Positions 54,201-64,000 of a stretch of DNA of 64,000 bases are shown in pieces. Source of the DNA: Auanema rhodensis (Eukaryota; Animalia; Nematoda); assembly GCA_964057225.1 (NCBI GenBank), contig OZ059896.1, positions 2,294,001 to 2,358,000 of the forward strand. Direction: 5' to 3'. The notes under the pieces were generated by a model. That model was not told the DNA's origin, did not search any database, and was given only the letters and a program-made list of their open reading frames with translations. The position numbers were made by a program, and so were the translations under genes. How positions within the stretch are numbered: the first letter of the stretch is position 1; every line of letters begins with the position of its first letter.

Positions 54201-57200
54201 TAGATGTTTTTAGATTCCTTTTTTTGAGGCAAAAACGATGGACAATGTTATTCAACGAAAAAATTAATTCTTCAGGGTGAAAATCGAGGATATAAGTGTG
54301 AACTTATATCAGTTGATATCTCGGTGCATTTTTAAGCTAGCGCAAATCTGATAACACAGATCGAAGCAGCTTAAAAATCCGCATCGAATGCATTATACTA
54401 CATGGAGAAACGCTCATCACAAAAATTAGTTATGATCGTTTGAAAAATGATGCATTAGTGTATGTTGAGTTTCCATGTACACTCAACATTGCTTCCAAAA
54501 ACATTTTGACAAAAATTTTTTCGAAAAATTTTAAAATAATTTAGCAAAAAGTAGATGTTTTTAGATTCCTTTTTTTGAGGCAAAAACGATGGACAATGTT
54601 ATTCAACGAAAAAATCAATTCTTCAGGGTGAAAATCGAGGATATAAGTGTGAACTTATATCAGTTAATATCTCGGTGCATTTTTAAGCTAGCGCAAATCT
54701 GATAACACAGATCGACGCAGCTTAAAAAACCGCATCGAATGCACTATATTACATTGAGAAAAGCTTAATACAAAAATTAGTTATGATCGTTTGAAAAATG
54801 ATGCATTAGTGTATGTTGAGTTTCCATGTACACTCAAAATTGCTTCCAAAAACATTTTGACAAAAATTTTTTCGAAAAATTTCATAATAATTTAGCAAAA
54901 AGTAGATGTTTTTAGATTCCTTCTTTCAAGGCAAAAACGATGGACAATGTTATTCAACGAAAAAATTAATTCTTCAGGGTGAAAATCGAGGATATAAGTG
55001 TGAACTTATATCAGTTAATATCTCGGTGCATTTTTAAGCTAGCGCAAATCTGATAACACAGATCGACGCAGCTTAAAAATCCGCATCGAATGCACTATAT
55101 TACATTGAGGAAAGCTCAATACAAAAATTAGTTATGATCGTTTGAAAAATGATGCATTAGTGTATGTTGAGTTTCCATGTACACTCAACATTGCTTCCAA
55201 AAACATTTTGACAAAAATTTTTTCGAAAAATTTCAAAATAATTTAGCAAAAAGTAGATGTTTTTAGATTCCTTCTTTCAAGGCAAAAACGATGGACAATG
55301 TTATTCAACGAAAAAATTAATTCTTCAGGGTGAAAATCGAGGATATAAGTGTGAACTTATATCAGTTGATATCTCGGTGCATTTTTAAGCTAGCGCAAAT
55401 CTGATAACATAGATCGACGCAGCTTAAAAGTCCGCATCGAATGCACTATACTACATTAAGAAAAGCTTAATACAAAAATTAGTTATGATCGTTTGAAAAA
55501 TGATGCATTAGTGTATGTTGAGTTTCCATGTACACTCAAAATTGCTTCCAAAAACATTTTGACAAAAATTTTTTCGAAAAATTTCAAAATAATTTAGCAA
55601 AAAGTAGATGTTTTTAGATTCCTTCTTTCAAGGCAAAAACGATGGACCATGTTATTCAACGAAAAAATTAATTCTTCAGGGTGAAAATCGAGGATATAAG
55701 TGTGAACTTATATCAGTTGATATCTCGGTGCATTTTTAAGCTAGCGCAAATCTGATAACACAGATCGACGCAGCTTAAAAATCCGCATCGAATGCATTAT
55801 ACTACATGGAGAAACGCTCATCACAAAAATTAGTTATGATCGTTTGAAAAATGATGCATTACTGTATGTTGAGTTTCCATGTACACTCAACATTGCTTCC
55901 AAAAACATTTTGACAAAATTTTTTCGAAAAATTTCAAAATAATTTCGCAAAAAGTAGATGTTTTTAGATTCCTTTTTTTGAGGCAAAAACGATGGACAAT
56001 GTTATTCAACGAAAAAATTAATTCTTCAGGGTGAAAATCGAGGATATAAGTGTGAACTTATATCAGTTGATATCTCGGTGCATTTTTAAGCTAGCGCAAA
56101 TCTGATAACACAGATCGAAGCAGCTTAAAAATCCGCATCGAATGCATTATACTACATGGAGAAACGCTCATCACAAAAATTAGTTATGATCGTTTGAAAA
56201 ATGATGCATTAGTGTATGTTGAGTTTCCATGTACACTCAACATTGCTTCCAAAAACATTTTGACAAAAATTTTTTCGAAAAATTTTAAAATAATTTAGCA
56301 AAAAGTAGATGTTTTTAGATTCCTTTTTTTGAGGCAAAAACGATGGACAATGTTATTCAACGAAAAAATCAATTCTTCAGGGTGAAAATCGAGGATATAA
56401 GTGTGAACTTATATCAGTTAATATCTCGGTGCATTTTTAAGCTAGCGCAAATCTGATAACACAGATCGACGCAGCTTAAAAAACCGCATCGAATGCACTA
56501 TATTACATTGAGAAAAGCTTAATACAAAAATTAGTTATGATCGTTTGAAAAATGATGCATTAGTGTATGTTGAGTTTCCATGTACACTCAAAATTGCTTC
56601 CAAAAACATTTTGACAAAAATTTTTTCGAAAAATTTCATAATAATTTAGCAAAAAGTAGATGTTTTTAGATTCCTTCTTTCAAGGCAAAAACGATGGACA
56701 ATGTTATTCAACGAAAAAATTAATTCTTCAGGGTGAAAATCGAGGATATAAGTGTGAACTTATATCAGTTAATATCTCGGTGCATTTTTAAGCTAGCGCA
56801 AATCTGATAACACAGATCGACGCAGCTTAAAAATCCGCATCGAATGCACTATATTACATTGAGGAAAGCTCAATACAAAAATTAGTTATGATCGTTTGAA
56901 AAATGATGCATTAGTGTATGTTGAGTTTCCATGTACACTCAACATTGCTTCCAAAAACATTTTGACAAAAATTTTTTCGAAAAATTTCAAAATAATTTAG
57001 CAAAAAGTAGATGTTTTTAGATTCCTTCTTTCAAGGCAAAAACGATGGACAATGTTATTCAACGAAAAAAATAATTCTTCAGGGTGAAAATCGAGGATAT
57101 AAGTGTGAACTTATATCAGTTGATATCTCGGTGCATTTTTAAGCTAGCGCAAATCTGATAACATAGATCGACGCAGCTTAAAAGTCCGCATCGAATGCAC

Positions 57201-59303
57201 TATACTACATTAAGAAAAGCTCAATACAAAAATTAGTTATGATCGTTTGAAAAATGATGCATTAGTGTATGTTGAGTTTCCATGTACACTCAAAATTGCT
57301 TCCAAAAACATTTTGACAAAAATTTTTTCGAAAAATTTCAAAATAATTTAGCAAAAAGTAGATGTTTTTAGATTCCTTCTTTCAAGGCAAAAACGATGGA
57401 CAATGTTATTCAACGAAAAAATTAATTCTTCAGGGTGAAAATCGAGGATATAAGTGTGAACTTATATCAGTTAATATCTCGGTGCATTTTTAAGCTAGCG
57501 CAAATCTGATAACACAGATCGACGCAGCTTAAAAAACCGCATCGAATGCACTATATTACATTGAGAAAAGCTTAATACAAAAATTAGTTATGATCGTTTG
57601 AAAAATGATGCATTAGTGTATGTTGAGTTTCCATGTACACTCAAAATTGCTTCCAAAAACATTTTGACAAAAATTTTTTCGAAAAATTTCAAAATAATTT
57701 AGCAAAAAGTAGATGTTTTTAGATTCCTTCTTTCAAGGCAAAAACGATGGACAATGTTATTCAACGAAAAAATTAATTCTTCAGGGTGAAAATCGAGGAT
57801 ATAAGTGTGAACTTATATCAGTTAATATCTCGGTGCATTTTTAAGCTAGCGCAAATCTGATAACACAGATCGAAGCAGCTTAAAAATCCGCATCGAATGC
57901 ATTATACTACATGGAGAAACGCTCATCACAAAAATTAGTTATGATCGTTTGAAAAATGATGCATTAGTGTATGTTGAGTTTCCATGTACACTCAACATTG
58001 CTTCCAAAAACATTTTGACAAAATTTTTTCGAAAAATTTCAAAATAATTTCGCAAAAAGTAGATGTTTTTAGATTCCTTTTTTTGAGGCAAAAACGATGG
58101 ACAATGTTATTCAACGAAAAAATTAATTCTTCAGGGTGAAAATCGAGGATATAAGTGTGAACTTATATCAGTTGATATCTCGGTGCATTTTTAAGCTAGC
58201 GCAAATCTGATAACACAGATCGAAGCAGCTTAAAAATCCGCATCGAATGCATTATACTACATGGAGAAACGCTCATCACAAAAATTAGTTATGATCGTTT
58301 GAAAAATGATGCATTAGTGTATGTTGAGTTTCCATGTACACTCAACATTGCTTCCAAAAACATTTTGACAAAAATTTTTTCGAAAAATTTTAAAATAATT
58401 TAGCAAAAAGTAGATGTTTTTAGATTCCTTTTTTTGAGGCAAAAACGATGGACAATGTTATTCAACGAAAAAATCAATTCTTCAGGGTGAAAATCGAGGA
58501 TATAAGTGTGAACTTATATCAGTTAATATCTCGGTGCATTTTTAAGCTAGCGCAAATCTGATAACACAGATCGACGCAGCTTAAAAAACCGCATCGAATG
58601 CACTATATTACATTGAGAAAAGCTTAATACAAAAATTAGTTATGATCGTTTGAAAAATGATGCATTAGTGTATGTTGAGTTTCCATGTACACTCAAAATT
58701 GCTTCCAAAAACATTTTGACAAAAATTTTTTCGAAAAATTTCATAATAATTTAGCAAAAAGTAGATGTTTTTAGATTCCTTCTTTCAAGGCAAAAACGAT
58801 GGACAATGTTATTCAACGAAAAAATTAATTCTTCAGGGTGAAAATCGAGGATATAAGTGTGAACTTATATCAGTTAATATCTCGGTGCATTTTTAAGCTA
58901 GCGCAAATCTGATAACACAGATCGACGCAGCTTAAAAATCCGCATCGAATGCACTATATTACATTGAGGAAAGCTCAATACAAAAATTAGTTATGATCGT
59001 TTGAAAAATGATGCATTAGTGTATGTTGAGTTTCCATGTACACTCAACATTGCTTCCAAAAACATTTTGACAAAAATTTTTTCGAAAAATTTCAAAATAA
59101 TTTAGCAAAAAGTAGATGTTTTTAGATTCCTTCTTTCAAGGCAAAAACGATGGACAATGTTATTCAACGAAAAAATTAATTCTTCAGGGTGAAAATCGAG
59201 GATATAAGTGTGAACTTATATCAGTTGATATCTCGGTGCATTTTTAAGCTAGCGCAAATCTGATAACATAGATCGACGCAGCTTAAAAGTCCGCATCGAA
59301 TGC
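51235..59303. repeat. Variable 5-7-monomer HOR containing a 350-bp deletion monomer; includes a near-exact 5-mer duplication (53691-55444 / 55445-57198)
   Basis: 350-bp monomers (GACAAAATTTTTT, TTTCGCAAA) start at 51586, 54042, 55796 and 57901. TTCATAATA variant at 54885, 56639, 58744 (1754 and 2105 apart). GACCATG and GATCGAAG markers are in register. Confidence 0.85.
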
Positions 59304-61058
59304 ACTATACTACATTAAGAAAAGCTCAATACAAAAATTAGTTATGATCGTTTGAAAAATGATGCATTAGTGTATGTTGAGTTTCCATGTACACTCAAAA
59401 TTGCTTCCAAAAACATTTTGACAAAAATTTTTTCGAAAAATTTCAAAATAATTTAGCAAAAAGTAGATGTTTTTAGATTCCTTCTTTCAAGGCAAAAACG
59501 ATGGACAATGTTATTCAACGAAAAAATTAATTCTTCAGGGTGAAAATCGAGGATATAAGTGTGAACTTATATCAGTTAATATCTCGGTGCATTTTTAAGC
59601 TAGCGCAAATCTGATAACACAGATCGACGCAGCTTAAAAAACCGCATCGAATGCACTATATTACATTGAGAAAAGCTTAATACAAAAATTAGTTATGATC
59701 GTTTGAAAAATGATGCATTAGTGTATGTTGAGTTTCCATGTACACTCAAAATTGCTTCCAAAAACATTTTGACAAAAATTTTTTCGAAAAATTTCAAAAT
59801 AATTTAGCAAAAAGTAGATGTTTTTAGATTCCTTCTTTCAAGGCAAAAACGATGGACAATGTTATTCAACGAAAAAATTAATTCTTCAGGGTGAAAATCG
59901 AGGATATAAGTGTGAACTTATATCAGTTAATATCTCGGTGCATTTTTAAGCTAGCGCAAATCTGATAACACAGATCGACGCAGCTTAAAAATCCGCATCG
60001 AATGCACTATATTACATTGAGGAAAGCTCAATACAAAAATTAGTTATGATCGTTTGAAAAATGATGCATTAGTGTATGTTGAGTTTCCATGTACACTCAA
60101 CATTGCTTCCAAAAACATTTTGACAAAAATTTTTTCGAAAAATTTCAAAATAATTTAGCAAAAAGTAGATGTTTTTAGATTCCTTCTTTCAAGGCAAAAA
60201 CGATGGACAATGTTATTCAACGAAAAAATTAATTCTTCAGGGTGAAAATCGAGGATATAAGTGTGAACTTATATCAGTTGATATCTCGGTGCATTTTTAA
60301 GCTAGCGCAAATCTGATAACATAGATCGACGCAGCTTAAAAGTCCGCATCGAATGCACTATACTACATTAAGAAAAGCTCAATACAAAAATTAGTTATGA
60401 TCGTTTGAAAAATGATGCATTAGTGTATGTTGAGTTTCCATGTACACTCAAAATTGCTTCCAAAAACATTTTGACAAAAATTTTTTCGAAAAATTTCAAA
60501 ATAATTTAGCAAAAAGTAGATGTTTTTAGATTCCTTCTTTCAAGGCAAAAACGATGGACAATGTTATTCAACGAAAAAATTAATTCTTCAGGGTGAAAAT
60601 CGAGGATATAAGTGTGAACTTATATCAGTTAATATCTCGGTGCATTTTTAAGCTAGCGCAAATCTGATAACACAGATCGACGCAGCTTAAAAAACCGCAT
60701 CGAATGCACTATATTACATTGAGAAAAGCTTAATACAAAAATTAGTTATGATCGTTTGAAAAATGATGCATTAGTGTATGTTGAGTTTCCATGTACACTC
60801 AAAATTGCTTCCAAAAACATTTTGACAAAAATTTTTTCGAAAAATTTCAAAATAATTTAGCAAAAAGTAGATGTTTTTAGATTCCTTCTTTCAAGGCAAA
60901 AACGATGGACAATGTTATTCAACGAAAAAATTAATTCTTCAGGGTGAAAATCGAGGATATAAGTGTGAACTTATATCAGTTAATATCTCGGTGCATTTTT
61001 AAGCTAGCGCAAATCTGATAACACAGATCGACGCAGCTTAAAAATCCGCATCGAATGC
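58953..61058. repeat. 3-monomer unit (1053 bp) x2
   Basis: The monomer-head order ATTGAGGAAAGCTC / ATTAAGAAAAGCTC / ATTGAGAAAAGCTT repeats at 58953 and 60006; the same triplet is at 56848. Confidence 0.8.
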
Positions 61059-64000
61059 ACTATATTACATAGAGAAACGCTCAATACAAAAATTAGTTAT
61101 GATCGTTTGAAAAATGATGCATTAGTGTATGTTGAGTTTCCATGTACACTCAAAATTGCTTCCAAAAACATTTTGACAAAAATTTTTTCGAAAAATTTCA
61201 AAATAATTTAGCAAAAAGTAGATGTTTTTAGATTCCTTTTTTCGAGGCAAAAACGATGGACAATGTTATTCAACGAAAAAATTAATTCTTCAGGGTGAAA
61301 ATCGAGGATATAAGTGTGAACTTATATCAGTTAATATCTCGGTGCATTTTTAAGCTAGCGCAAATCTGATAACACAGATCGACGCAGCTTAAAAATCCGC
61401 ATCGAATGCACTATATTACATAGAGAAACGCTCAATACAAAAATTAGTTATGATCGTTTGAAAAATGATGCATTAGTGTATGTTGAGTTTCCATGTACAC
61501 TCAACATTGCTTCCAAAAACATTTTGACAAAAATTTTTTCGAAAAATTTCAAAATAATTTAGCAAAAAGTAGATGTTTTTAGATTCCTTTTTTCGAGGCA
61601 AAAACGATGGACAATGTTATTCAACGAAAAAATTAATTCTTCAGGGTGAAAATCGAGGATATAAGTGTGAACTTATATCAGTTAATATCTCGGTGCATTT
61701 TTAAGCTAGCGCAAATCTGATAACACAGATCGACGCAGCTTAAAAATCCGCATCGAATGCACTATATTACATAGAGAAACGCTCAATACAAAAATTAGTT
61801 ATGATCGTTTGAAAAATGATGCATTAGTGTATGTTGAGTTTCCATGTACACTCAACATTGCTTCCAAAAACATTTTGACAAAAATTTTTTCGAAAAATTT
61901 CAAAATAATTTAGCAAAAAGTAGATGTTTTTAGATTCCTTTTTTCGAGGCAAAAACGATGGACAATGTTATTCAACGAAAAAATTAATTCTTCAGGGTGA
62001 AAATCGAGGATATAAGTGTGAACTTATATCAGTTGATATCTCGGTGCATTTTTAAGCTAGCGCAAATCTGATAACACAGATCGACGCAGCTTAAAAATCC
62101 GCATCGAATGCACTATATTACATAGAGAAACGCTCAATACAAAAATTAGTTATGATCGTTTGAAAAATGATGCATTAGTGTATGTTGAGTTTCCATGTAC
62201 ACTCAAAATTGCTTCCAAAAACATTTTGACAAAAATTTTTTCGAAAAATTTCAAAATAATTTAGCAAAAAGTAGATGTTTTTAGATTTCTTTTTTCGAGG
62301 CAAAAACGATGGACAATGTTATTCAACGAAAAAATTAATTCTTCAGGGTGAAAATCGAGGATATAAGTGTGAACTTATATCAGTTAATATCTCGGTGCAT
62401 TTTTAAGCTAGCGCAAATCTGATAACACAGATCGACGCAGCTTAAAAATCCGCATCGAATGCACTATATTACATAGAGAAACGCTCAATACAAAAATTAG
62501 TTATGATCGTTTGAAAAATGATGCATTAGTGTATGTTGAGTTTCCATGTACACTCAACATTGCTTCCAAAAACATTTTGACAAAAATTTTTTCGAAAAAT
62601 TTCAAAATAATTTAGCAAAAAGTAGATGTTTTTAGATTCCTTCTTCCAAGGCAAAAACGATGGACAATGTTATTCAACGAAAAAATTAATTCTTCAGGGT
62701 GAAAATCGAGGATATAAGTGTGAACTTATATCAGTTGATATCTCGGTGCATTTTTAAGCTAGCGCAAATCTGATAACATAGATCGACGCAGCTTAAAAGT
62801 CCGCATCGAACGCACTATACTACATTAAGAAAAGCCTAATACAAAAATTAGTTATGATCGTTTGAAAAATGATGCATTAGTGTATGTTGAGTTTCCATGT
62901 ACACTCAAAATTGCTTCCAGAAACATTTTGACAAAAATTTTCCCGAAAAATTTCAAGATAATTTAGCAAAAAGTAGATGTTTTTAGATTCCTTCTTTCAA
63001 GGCAAAAACGATGGACAATGTTATTCAACGAAAAAATTAATTCTTCAGGGTGAAAATCGAGGATATAAGTGTGAACTTATATCAGTTGATATCTCGGTGC
63101 ATTTTTAAGCTAGCGCAAATCTGATAACACAGATCGACGCAGCTTAAAAATCCGCATCGAATGCATTATACTACATAGAGAAACGCTCATCACAAAAATT
63201 AGTTATGATCGTTTGAAAAATGATGCATTAGTGTATGTTGAGTTTCCATGTACACTCAACATTGCTTCCAAAGACATTTTGACAAAATTTTTTCGAAAAA
63301 TTTCAAAATAATTTCGCAAAAAGTAGATGTTTTTAGATTCCTTTTTTTGAGGCAAAAACGATGGACAATGTTATTCAACGAAAAAATTAATTCTTCAGGG
63401 TGAAAATCGAGGATATAAGTGTGAACTTATATCAGTTAATATCTCGGTGCATTTTTAAGCTAGCGCAAATCTGATAACACAGATCGACGCAGCTTAAAAG
63501 TCCGCATCGAATGCACTATACTACATTAAGAAAAGCTTAATACAAAAATTAGTTATGATCGTTTGAAAAATGATGCATTAGTGTATGTTGAGTTTCCATG
63601 TACACTCAAAATTGCTTCCAAAAACATTTTGACAAAAATTTTTTCGAAAAATTTCAAAATAATTTAGCAAAAAGTAGATGTTTTTAGATTCCTTCTTTCA
63701 AGGCAAAAACGATGGACAATGTTATTCAACGAAAAAATTAATTCTTCAGGGTGAAAATCGAGGATATAAGTGTGAACTTATATCAGTTGATATCTCGGTG
63801 CATTTTTAAGCTGGCGCAAATCTGATAACACAGATCGACGCAGCTTAAAAATCCGCATCGAATGCATTATACTACATGGAGAAACGCTCATCACAAAAAT
63901 TAGTTATGATCGTTTGAAAAATGATGCATTAGTGTATGTTGAGTTTCCATGTACACTCAACATTGCTTCCAAAAACATTTTGACAAAATTTTTTCGAAAA

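Larger units (their letters stand above)
1..64000. repeat. Tandem satellite DNA array, 351-bp monomer, about 182.4 copies, single orientation; continues beyond both window edges
   Basis: ACTATACTAC recurs at 1, 352, ...; ORF-track starts are spaced by 351 (49, 400, 751, ...). The only phase shifts are -1 (about 4786), -11 (about 24224) and -1 in six B monomers. Monomer 1 has 58 C + 55 G in 351 bp. Confidence 0.99.
36142..64000. repeat. Satellite subfamily B domain (79 complete monomers + partial)
   Basis: Diagnostic alleles TTTTTTCGAAAA, AATTTAGCAAA (TTTCGCAAA in a subset) and AGGCAAAAACG; fixed for CAACG, TCAGGG and AACTTATA. The TAG allele explains why the ORF track ends at 36030. Confidence 0.93.

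Noticed and set aside
1-64000. CRISPR-like repeat/spacer array or variable-cassette system
   Set aside because: The variable patch consists of point-mutation haplotypes of one sequence, not unrelated spacers. The unit is 351 bp and there are no cas, recombinase or reverse transcriptase genes.

Overview
The whole 64-kb window is one uninterrupted head-to-tail tandem array of a 351-bp AT-rich satellite: 182 complete monomers plus a 135-bp partial, all in one orientation, about 32% GC by hand count of monomer 1. I found no credible protein-coding gene, RNA gene, transposon insertion or CRISPR array. The repeated 63-aa ORFs are an artefact of the monomer. The array looks like eukaryotic (peri)centromeric or heterochromatic satellite DNA, but I cannot name the family or species from sequence alone. 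Internal structure: (1) a sharp switch at about 36.03-36.11 kb from subfamily A (103 monomers) to subfamily B (79+ monomers); (2) local higher-order repeats (HORs) of 2, 3, 4, 5, 6-7 and 8 monomers; (3) short haplotype patches shared across the two domains, consistent with gene conversion; (4) a monomer rich in dyad symmetry, including a 67-nt fold-back and a 9-bp stem with a GTGA loop, with a hypervariable patch of about 20 bp next to a near-invariant core. I do not see evidence for a novel gene system; the interest lies in satellite architecture and turnover.
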